From Azolla caroliniana (taxonomy: Eukaryota; Plantae; Polypodiophyta): a stretch of DNA of 64,000 bases. Under the pieces are notes generated by a model. It was not told where the DNA came from. It was given only the letters and a program-made list of their open reading frames with translations, and did no database searches. The translations under genes were made by a program, and so were the position numbers. The stretch is taken from contig JBHGNT010000018.1 in NCBI GenBank assembly GCA_043228905.1, positions 14,446,001 to 14,510,000 on the forward strand. The letters run 5' to 3'. Each line of letters opens with the position of its first letter. The first letter of the stretch is position 1. Of this stretch, positions 1-10,158 are shown piece by piece.

Positions 1-3000
1 GGATATTGGAGCTTCGTGGAAGGAACAAATGAAGTATCACTGAAGCCGTCACACAAAGACTTCCCGGTATGGGAGCAAGGAGTGAGTCGGGTACTGTACT
101 ATCTCGCATCCGGTGTGCATGATCAAATGCTCAACTACATCAAGGATGCAAAGACGCCGAAGGAGGCTTGGGAAAATCTACGGAAGATTTTCGCCACAAG
201 TACCATAGCTCGTAAGTTGTAGCTCCGGCAAGAGCTGAACAACATCAGGCAAAGAGACATGTCGGTTACGGACTACACCACCAAGATAAAGAAGATTTGC
301 GACGCACTCGGGTCCATCAACGTGATGGTGGACGAAGACAAGATGGTACAAATCTTCCTCGGTGGTCTAGCGCAAAGGTACGAGCTAATCTGGACAACAA
401 TCTGCACCCAGGAGAAACCATCGTCATTCTTCGACTTGCATTCGATGCTGTTGGTTGAAGAAAACCACGTGAGTGGGTCAAGGACCACTCAATCGGACGA
501 CCAGATGTTGTACATAGAGACAGATCAACCCCATGGACTTGGTGGACGAAGTGGGTTGGCACACAATGGAGGCGGTCGACAAGAGCAGGACCGAAGGCAC
601 AGAGGATGTGCCGACAATAGTTTCGGACCCTCCACAAGCAGGGGGAGTCAAAGCGGCGCCGAGAACCGACAAAGAAAGGCCGACACAGAATGCTAGTACT
701 GCGGCAAAAAGGGCCATAGGGAAAGCGAGTGATGGAAGAAGCACTCCGATTCGGACAAATCCGGATCCGACAAAACCGGTCGGGAGAACCGGCAAAGCTT
801 GCAGTACGCGAAAGGATCGGAAGGATTCGGAACTAGGAAAACCGGTAAATGGCCAGCCTTCGTGATGAAGCACAAGGCTAACTCGATGAACAAGACTACT
901 TCTGGATCAGAGGAAGTATGGTATGTTGATTACAGAGCGTCCAACCGCATGCCGAGCCATGAAGAGTGGTTCTCTTTTTTGGAGAAACCGGAACAACCAG
1001 GGATTGTCGAAACCAGAGACGACACCCCTCACTCGATTGTGCATGTTGGAGAAGTCCCTTTAAGCCATGTCGGACAAAAGGGGAAGTTGATTAACGTATT
1101 ACATGTTCCGACTATCACAAAGAACTTGGTGTCGGTTGGACAAATCGTCGACCAGGGGATGCAGGTGCGGTTTACGCACCTCGGGTGCTTCATCGAGGAA
1201 GAGGGTCGGATAATTGCGCAAGGGTGTAGAGAAGGGAGGATGTTCATCCTCAACACTAATGACATTGGCACTGCCATGTTTGCCAAAGGGCAGAAGGTCG
1301 AGTTGGACATTGACCTGTGGCACAAGCGGATCGGCCAAGTCAACTACCGGAGGCTTTAGGACCTGCAATCGAAACAAGTTGTCTTCAGTTTGCTGAAATT
1401 TAGCGATTGGAAGGCCGAAATTTGTGAAGCTTGCCAACTCGGGGAGCAATACTGGCTTCCATTCCCCACCGATCGAAACCGGAGCCATAACAAGCTCAAT
1501 TTAATCCATTTGGATGTATGGGGACCGGCACAAAACGTTAGTCTTGGCGGGAGTCAGTATTTCGTCTTGATGAGGGAGTCGGTATTTCATCTCCTTCATC
1601 GACGACTACAGCCGGCACACGTGGATCTACCTCATCAAGAGGAAGAGTGAAGTCTTCGAGTGTTTCCGGAACCTTCAAAGCTTGGTTGAACGGGAAATGG
1701 AGAGGAAGATCAAGTGCCTGCGGTCGCATGGCAGGAAAGAATACTTTTCTGGCCAATTCAATAGTTATCTATAGTAGAACGGAATTCGGAGAGAATTCAG
1801 CTGTAGGTACACACCGGAGCAAAACAGTGTGGCCGAAAGGAAGAACTGGTCAATTGTCGCGCGGCAAGGGTAATGCTAGAGGAGAAGAACATGCCCCATT
1901 TCTACTGGGCTGAGGCGGTCCAGACGACCATCTACATCCAAAACCGGATTGGTGACAAGGTGTTAGCACATGAGCTGTATTTCGGGCGAAAGCCGAATTT
2001 GAAACACCTTCGGATATTCGGTAGCATAGCATATGTGCATGTACTGGATGAGAAGCGGAGGAAGCTGGATCCAAAGTCGGAGAAGTGCATTCTAGTCGGT
2101 TACTCGCATGAGCAAAAGGGGTATAAGTCCTATAACCCCCGGACTAAGCAGGTCTAAGTAAGCCGAGATGTCGAGTTTGATGAGATGGCGTCATGGTACT
2201 CCTTACCGATTCCAACTCCCGACGAAGACCCGATTCCAGAAGATGAGGCTAGTGAGCCCGAGAAGGTCCGACACTCTAGAAGAGAGTCCGATCTCATTCC
2301 GGCTAAGTGGACCGAATGCGTGGCTGAGTCGGGATGACCAGTTAGATGAGGAACCAGCGAGTAGTGGAGACTCTGTCGTGCTCTCCCCGCGCAAGGAAAT
2401 GAGGAGATGGTTCATGCGCAAAGAGAAGGGGAAGAGGAAGATGCTGGAATACGAAACCGGCAACGTTGAGTCGGATCGGAGCGAATCCGACTTCGGAAAG
2501 GATGAAGGCGGATCTTTGGGAATGAAGTCCGACCTGGCCAAGAAGGGCCCCAAACCGGGTAATACCAAGTTACGCCGGTCTTCCCGCCTAAAGAGCCTTG
2601 TTACGTGGTACGGGTACAATGACTACATGCCGCATCATTATGCGTTCATGACTAAGGTGGTGGAAGTGGGTGAGCCGGGGAGCTACGTAGAAGCGGCAAA
2701 GGACGCAAATTGGCGTGTGTTGCTATGGAGGAAGAAATGCGGGCACATGATGCCAATGACACATGGGACCTCGTTGACCCTCCCTGACACTGTAAACCGA
2801 TTGGTTGCAAATGGGTGTACAAGGTAAAGTACAATGCCAACAGTTCGCTTAACTGGTACAAGGCCCGGTTAGTGGCGAAGGGATATGCACAGACCCAGGG
2901 AATTGATTACGACGAGACCTTTGCCCTGGTAGCGAAGATGACGACGGTTCGTGTGGTACTGGCGGTTGCTGCGGCAAGGGGGTGACATCTTCACCAAATG

Positions 3001-3566
3001 GACGTGAAGAATGCGTTTCTTCAAGGTGACCTTGAAGAAGGGGTCTATATGATCCAACGTCCCGGTTTTTAGTCGAAGATGAATAAGTCGACGGTGTGTT
3101 GGCTCAAGAAGTCGCTTTACGGTCTGAAACAAGCCCCCCGAGCTTGGAATGTGAAGATCACGCACCGGTTGCGTAAGAGGGGTTTGTGACCTCTAAATCT
3201 GACTCGTCGTTGTTCATCCGACAAGGTCCGGATGGTTCGGTTTGCATCCTACATTATGTTGATGATTTAGTCATTACCGGACCCCGACTCAATGTAATCG
3301 GCCGAGTAAAGTCCAAGTTGTCGAACGCATTTGAAATGCAGGACCTGGGGGACCTTTGTTATTTTCTTGGGATCGAGGTGATCCGAACCCCCAACGACAT
3401 ATTGCTCTCACAACAACACTATGTGTTGAATATGTTGTACAAGTTCGGTATGACGTAGTGCCGACCTGTCTCCACACCCCTAGACCCGAACCAGAAGCTT
3501 TGTCCCAACTCTGGACCAGCCTGCGATTAGAAACGGTTCCGACAAATCGTCGGAAGCCTTATATAC

Positions 3567-4829
3567 TTGACAATCACCCGACCCGGCCTCAGTTACCCGG
3601 TTGGAGTGATCAACCAGTTCATGGAGAAGCTGATCATCGAGCACCTTCAGTGCGCACACCAGATACTCCGGTATGTGAGCGGCACGAAGGACCGGGGATT
3701 GTTATACCAGCATGGTATAACTAAAGAACTAGTCGGATATACAGATGCCGACTGGGCCGATGATGCATCAGATCGCCAATCCACCTCCGGCTACATGTTT
3801 TCTCTGGGTAGTGCGGTTGTTGCGTGGAGCAGAAAAAAGCAGCCAGCAGTGGCTCTGTCGAGCACTAAGGCTGAATACCGGGGCGCTACCAATGCCACCT
3901 ATGAAGCCGTTTGGCTTCAGCGACTGCTACAAGACCTGCGGATTGAGGTCCCGACCCTGATCTTGATCTATTGTGATAACATGAGCAACATTCAGCTCGC
4001 CAAGAACCTCGTCTTCCATGCTCGGACGAAGCACATAGAAGTCCACTATCACTTTGTGCGTGAGCGGGTTTTGAGTGGTGAAGTAGAACTTCGGTATGTT
4101 CGGACGGATCGACAAATTGCCAATATCTTCACCAAACCGCTCGGATCGGACAAGTTGCAGCACTTCACCGGAATGCTTGGTGTTCAGCATCTCGATGTGC
4201 TGCACTTGAGGGGGAGAAAAGGAAAGGGAACGGATGGCACCGGACAAAGAGCCGGAGAGGAAGATAGAACCAACAAAGGGGGAGACAAGAGGAAAAAGGA
4301 AGCTGAGCCGACCGAAGGAGTCGGCACATCTGAAAAGGTCGGAACAAGCGGCAGAGGCGGCAAAGTCAAGAAGGACAGAGCCGACCGGAAGAAAACGGCC
4401 AAGACTCAGATGTGGTCCGGTGTGGTGAAGGGCCTGAAATCAGAAGACGAGTTGGAGAACACTGACTCGGACAAGAGCTGGAACGAATCAAAGGAAACCG
4501 ATTTGGTTCAAGATTCAGAGAAGCCGGATCAACAAAAGGCCAAGCGGACAGGGACGCAACGGAAGTCGACGCCAACACGAAGGAACCGACGGGTCGACAA
4601 GCGCCGAAGTCGCAGTAGCGAGGGAGCTGAAATGGGCCTATTGAGCAGACAAGCCGACCAAGGAGGTCGAAGTGCACAGAACCAGAAGGGTCGCGGCAAA
4701 CAAGACCGGACTGGACGAGGAACCCAAGCGAGGCGGAGCAATGCTAGAAGGAGCCGGGTAGAAGAACCGGCTGTCGTGGACGCTAACACCACGATCCGAC
4801 CTCAAGTTGAGCTTGAGGGGGAGTGTTGA
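3567..4829 (+). pseudogene. pol: Copia A RT end and RNase H with a ~200-aa charged in-frame tail
   Basis: 420-aa ORF with Copia RNase H motifs; the upstream pol is broken by stops and frameshifts. Confidence 0.85.
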
Positions 4830-5256
4830 GCGAGCAAGCTCAACCGGATCTGGATCGGCTAAATAAGCCTGAGCCGGATCGACATCCAAAAGGATGAGCC
4901 GGATTGGTATCCGGATGGTATCTGGAAACAACCAGCCAGATCGGGGAGCCGGATTCGAGTGGGAACCAGAAGCCTAGTAGTAGCCTAGAGTACTAGGTAA
5001 TCATTGTCTCGTAGTTAGTGTTAATCACACATGTGAGCATTGAAGTACCTGTCAGTACTTATGTCAATGCTTTATGGACTTGTATAAATAGTGATGTTTA
5101 GCACATTTTATGTACAGAGTTTTAGAGTTAATCTTTTGAATATAGTTTTATGTTTTGCTCTCTCTGTCTCCTCTGTGTTTGAAGCTTTTCCATTAAACCT
5201 TCATCTCATTTTCTATTGCTATCCGGCTGAGCCGGTTCTGTCTGACGCTTTCAACA
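4824..5256 (+). repeat. 3' LTR of Copia A
   Basis: Starts TGTTGA directly after the PPT and ends TCAACA (inverted termini); TATAAATA near 5083. Confidence 0.85.
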
Positions 5257-5404
5257 CATTAACATTCACAAACTTCTCGCTAGGGAGAGCGCTCCCCATT
5301 TGAGTATTCACGGTGTTCGATGTAGATTTCTTCTTTCTTCTTCTCCTTGAATACGAGCTATGTAGCCGCACTACGATAGCGATGAGCCAATTTTTGTTCA
5401 ACGT

Positions 5405-6189
5405 TATCGTGTTATTACGCACGTGCGTGTAGAAGGGGCGGGACCACGGGGGTCTCGGACGAGGGAGGAAGGGATGCCGAGAAACCAACACCGGACACGT
5501 CCCGGAGGCAACTAAACACGAGAGAGAGAGAGAGAGAAAAAAGAGAGATAGAGCATGCGCGCGACACCGACTCTTATGCACAGGAAACAAGGGCTATGCT
5601 CCTGACACCACCAAATGCACCAATATGCACAAACAGATATGAGTATGTATATTACAAGGGAAAAGATACAACCCCGGCTTCGAGCCGGACCAAGGTAGGG
5701 TAGGTTACAACGGCAGTCTGCTGCCAAGCCGCCGATCGGGGAGCTCTCGGGCTCGTTGCGCCGAGCAGGGTCTTGCACAGGAGACCGAGTAGAAGCAAAC
5801 CCTAAATATACACGAACTCTCAACCCACATGACGACGAAGAAGAAGAAGAAAGAAAGAAAGAAAACTACCAAGATGATACCCTAGAACGAAGCAAGAATA
5901 AGAGGAACTGCCTAACCCTAACTCTAACGGTATACCCTCCTAACTCAAAATGGGCAACCCCTCTACAAGGGACCCTCCCTTCGTTTTATAGAACAAGGAG
6001 AGGGATGCGTTACAATGTGGGATAAATCCCGATTTACATGGGATTCTCTGTCCCGACTTAACTCCTACTCGGCGCCATAAAGGCACCCCTATTATTCACA
6101 CGTTTTACAAGGGTAAGTGCACATGATGCACTCTGCCGATTCTTCTGATATTCCTCGGTTTCTCACTATGGCCCGCAATCTTCACGACA
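5405..6189 (-). repeat. 3' LTR of element B
   Basis: Direct repeat of 18654-19438; left flank is ACGT. Confidence 0.92.
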
Positions 6190-6925
6190 TCTGCCCCCAC
6201 CAAACCGCACGTCCACCGGTACGTGCCAAGTTGGGAGAAGGGGAGAGATTCCATCCAGCGAGAAACCGGTCTTTCGTAATCTGCATTCTGGCTGCGCATT
6301 GGCCTCGCCGGTCCGAACCGTCGGCTGCGATTCCTTTTTCGCGTTTGCCTTTCCGTAGGTTGGTTCGACCCGTTGATAGGTCATTCGCCGCGATCCCGTA
6401 GTGCACGTGCTTCCTGTTGGCCCTTCTTTCGACCGCATGCACGCTTCTCGTCCCTTTTGATACGCAGTGCCCTCCGTTCGAGGAGCACCCGTGTTGGCCC
6501 GCTTGGCCTCCGTCGACGGGTTAGGCAGCCTCACTGGCTTGCTTCTGAAACTGTAACCGGCCGATAAGGGTTCGGCCCTCGTCAACTTCGGCCTTGCCAG
6601 CCCCCGGCCCGCTCTTCTTGCATCGTCGGTTCCCGTTTCCTGCCGCCACCTTCCTTCTCACTCGGTCTCACGTTGCCATGTCGGCTTGAACTGCCGGTGT
6701 CTCCGGATCTGTGTGAGGATCCCATAGGAACGCCCATCCGCGCTGCCCGTATCGCCGGTTCCTATTTCCCGCCGCCAGCATCCTTCACACTCGGGCTCAC
6801 GTTGTCGTGATGTTCTGTGTCCAATGGGAGAAATTGTGAAATAGTGTGGCTTCACACACATTATACACATGATTATAAATATGAAAATTAGTCTAGGGTC
6901 TGATGACATTCAAGTGCATATAGAA

Positions 6926-6992
6926 GGGTGCAAGCAAGATTTGAACCTTGCACTTCTAAGATAGGAAGCAATTATCTTACCACTAAAGCTAC
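6926..6992 (-). promoter_or_regulatory. tRNA-like Pol III A/B-box module in the C LTR (second copy ~9562-9628)
   Basis: Minus strand reads TAGCTTTAGTGGTAAG..TTCCTAT..GTGCAAGGTTCAAATC with tRNA-like spacing. Confidence 0.6.
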
Positions 6993-7513
6993 TACTAAGT
7001 GCTTTAGATTATGTATATTTCCTTCTCATATTTAGTATTCCATAGGAAACAAACATACAAAACCGTGTACACAAAACCATGGTTTTAGCCTATGGTTTTG
7101 TGCATGCCACAAGGAAAACCGTGTGCCTGAAAACCATGGGTTCAAGCCCATGGTTTTGTGCATGTTAGAAGGATAGATAAACCTATAAAAACCCTCGAAA
7201 GGCTTGTGTAATGGGGGGGATCAATCAATGGATGAATCAAACAATCTATGAATCAATCTATGTATCAAATCGAAAATTAATAATAAGAATACTTAGTTAT
7301 CTTATTGGTGATGTGTATATATCTACCTATCTATCTTAAAAACTTCCTCAAATTTTGTTTCTCTCTCTCTCTCTCTCTCTAACCACATTAGTGCGTCATT
7401 TCAGCCGCCCATCATCCATAACCGCTAGCGGATAGAGGCCCGGTGCTTGTTTGCGCTTGTGACGCGCACATTCCGACGTTTGGCACATGTGTCACGCGCC
7501 ACACGACATCTAT

Positions 7514-7531
7514 TGGTGAACCCGACGTGAA
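7514..7531 (+). promoter_or_regulatory. Primer-binding site complementary to the tRNA-Trp 3' end (also 18632-18649, 34012-34029, 55421-55438)
   Basis: TGGTGAACCCGACGTGAA is the reverse complement of the plant tRNA-Trp(CCA) end ..TTCACGTCGGGTTCACCA; it lies a few nt inside a 5' LTR in four elements. Confidence 0.85.
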
Positions 7532-7540
7532 CAACACAAG

Positions 7541-9340
7541 GTGGTTATGGGGGCATTACGAATGGAGGATGTGATCTTGGCAGCGTACGACTTAGAGGTG
7601 TCGATAAGAATACAAGGTGGTCCGAGGTTCGAGATGCTTCCATTGGTAAGGAAAGCCATCGAAATGATGTTGCATGATGAAAAGGGTAGAGCGTTGGAGT
7701 ATCTCAAGATGGCAAATCAAATTGAAAGACTATATCAAGAAGTTCCGGATTTGTACGAAGCGGTTCTAACATCAATTTTCGGGCCTCAACCTTTTCATGG
7801 TTTGCTCGACGGTGACGACGATGAAGATGATCAAGATCGGCGTAGTTGCAGTCGTGAAGGGACATGTGATGAAGAACAAGGCTTTGAAGAGAGATATCAA
7901 GATCAACATGCCTATGGTCGTTGCGAGGATCGTTGCAAACTCGACAAAAGAGAAACATGTGACGAAGAACGTGATCTTGAAGGGAGGGAATGTGATCAAC
8001 ATGCCTATGGTCATCATGAAGATCATTGCAAACTCAAGACAAGAGAGAGATGCATCAAAGAAGGATGCAATTGGGAAGAGATGTGTGATGAAGAATGTGG
8101 GCTCAAGAGGGAAGATCGAGAAGGATGCAATCATAAAGAGACAAGCAATGAAGAACATCAATTCGAGGGGAATGACCAAGATACTCAAGGATGCGGTCAT
8201 GAAGAGACTTTCAGCGAAGAAAGTGAGCTTGTAAGGAAAGATGAAGATACTCAAGGATGCAATGGTGAAGAGACATCTGACAAAGAATGTGGGCTTGAGG
8301 AGACCGATCAAAATCTACACGGTCATGACAAAGACAAAGATCATTACAAACTCACAAAGAGTGCTCGAGATCTACAAGGTTATGATCGTGACAAAGATTA
8401 CTGTGAACACAAGAGGAGGAATCAAGCTCTTCATGGTTGTGCTAATGAAAAAGCACTCAACGAAAGTCGTGACAGTGAGAATAGTTGGGATCAAGACTTT
8501 CATGGTTTAAAATCTTATGACAAGTATGATAGGTTTAATGAGAGCCACAAACAAGAGAAGAAGTTAGGAAGGGATAAAAACTTTACATTTAAAAGTAATG
8601 ATGATGATGATTTAGGGCTTGATGATAGTAAGGGAGAGTGTATTATTGATGGTAAGAGTGAGTGCCATAAGAAGAATGAGGGTTATGATGGTAAAATGTT
8701 ATGCACTTTTTGTGGATATGGTTATGATAAGCGTAATGATGAGGGTGAGAGTGATGAAGAGGAATTCTGTGTTTTAGGTTGCCTTGGTTTTCTTTGGGAT
8801 AGATTTTATAAGAGTTTCACTAGATCAAATGGTGACATTCATGAGGACATCCATTATGAAAATAGAATAGGGATTTGTGATGATGAGGACATTCTACAAA
8901 AATATGTCCATGATCACGTGGGGTTACATAATGATTACAAGGGTATAAGTATGGAAAATCTAGAAAATGTTATTTGGGATGAGTATCATGATGATGTTGA
9001 TGTTGTGAGTATGTGTGGGAAGGACAAGATTAAAGTTGATAGTATTGAGGATAATCTACAAAATGTTAGGATGGTTTGGGATGTGTCTAATGATAATGTT
9101 GATGTTGTGAGCATGAGGAAAAGCAAGCATAAGATGAGAAAAGACGATCCGAGGAAGTTTGACCAAGGAGATGGTCGAGATGAAGGCGACACATGTACGA
9201 TGCATGAAGAGTTACGCTCAAGAGGAGCAAAAGGGGCTACGACAAGTGGTCATGGAAATGCGAAAGGCGATCGAATGATATGGTTGATCGGGTGGAAGGA
9301 ATGCATGTACTCAAAATGGAGAACAAAGGACAATGCGTAA
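7541..9340 (+). CDS. 599-aa protein of unknown function with acidic, Cys/His-containing repeats (first ATG 7547)
   Basis: Uninterrupted ORF filling the interior of C; repeats such as ETCDEE, DQHAYG and QGCxxEET; no gag, PR, RT or integrase motif recognised. Confidence 0.7.
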   Translation: MVMGALRMEDVILAAYDLEVSIRIQGGPRFEMLPLVRKAIEMMLHDEKGRALEYLKMANQIERLYQEVPDLYEAVLTSIFGPQPFHGLLDGDDDEDDQDRRSCSREGTCDEEQGFEERYQDQHAYGRCEDRCKLDKRETCDEERDLEGRECDQHAYGHHEDHCKLKTRERCIKEGCNWEEMCDEECGLKREDREGCNHKETSNEEHQFEGNDQDTQGCGHEETFSEESELVRKDEDTQGCNGEETSDKECGLEETDQNLHGHDKDKDHYKLTKSARDLQGYDRDKDYCEHKRRNQALHGCANEKALNESRDSENSWDQDFHGLKSYDKYDRFNESHKQEKKLGRDKNFTFKSNDDDDLGLDDSKGECIIDGKSECHKKNEGYDGKMLCTFCGYGYDKRNDEGESDEEEFCVLGCLGFLWDRFYKSFTRSNGDIHEDIHYENRIGICDDEDILQKYVHDHVGLHNDYKGISMENLENVIWDEYHDDVDVVSMCGKDKIKVDSIEDNLQNVRMVWDVSNDNVDVVSMRKSKHKMRKDDPRKFDQGDGRDEGDTCTMHEELRSRGAKGATTSGHGNAKGDRMIWLIGWKECMYSKWRTKDNA

Positions 9341-10158
9341 GGAAGGAGGAAATCAAAGACAAACCACCTTTTGACTCTGCCACATCACTCTTTTCTTCTT
9401 GGCACATGCCGGAGGATGTGCGGTTTGGTGGGGGTGGATGTCGTGATGTTCTGTGTCCAATGGGAGAAATTGTGAAATAGTGTGGCTTCACACACATTAT
9501 ACACATGATTATAAATATGAAAATTAGTCTAGGGTCTGATGACATTCAAGTGCATATAGAAGGGTGCAAGCAAGATTTGAACCTTGCACTTATAAGATAG
9601 GAAGCAATTATCTTACCACTAAAGCTACTACTAAGTGCTTTAGATTTTGTATATTTCCTTCTAATATTTAGTATTCCATAGGAAACAAACATACAAAACC
9701 GTGTACACAAAACCATGGTTTTAGCCTATGGTTTTGTGCATGCCACAAGGAAAACCGTGTGCCTGAAAACCATGGGTTCAAGCCCATGGTTTTGTGCATG
9801 TTAGAAGGATAGATAAACCTATAAAAGCCCTCGAAAGGCTTGTGTAATGGGGGGGGATCAATCAATGGATGAATCAAACAATCTATGAATCAATCTATGT
9901 ATCAAATCGAAAATTAATAATAAGAATACTTAGTTATCTTATTGGTGATGTGTATATATCTACCTATCTATCTTAAAAACTTCCTCAAATTTTGTTTCTC
10001 TCTTTCTCTCTCTCACTCTAACCACATTAGTGCGTCATTTCAGCCGCCCATCATCCATAACCGCTAGCGGATAGAGGCCCGATGCTTGTCCGCGCTTGTG
10101 ACACGCACATTCTGACGTTTGGTACGTGTGTCACGCGCCACACGACAATGTTGCAATG

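Larger units (their letters stand above)
1..5256 (+). mobile_element. Element A: decayed Ty1/Copia LTR retrotransposon, 5' end outside the window
   Basis: Fragmented ORFs in Copia order: gag (16-696), protease-like WYVDY, GAG-pre-integrase LWHKRIG, integrase, RT (YVDD near 3255), RNase H (YTDADWA..IYCDN..HIEVHYHFVRE). PPT GAGGGGGAG is followed by a 3' LTR. Confidence 0.93.
6803..10147 (+). mobile_element. Element C: small non-autonomous LTR retrotransposon with one ORF
   Basis: LTRs 6803-7508 and 9439-10147 (TGTCGTG..CACGACA); PBS TGGTGAACCCGACGTGAA at 7514-7531; G-rich tract before the 3' LTR; 4-bp TSD ACGT/ATGT. Confidence 0.93.

Noticed and set aside
5257-5404. Possible host exon between A and B
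   Set aside because: About 150 bp with no motif I can recognise; left unassigned.
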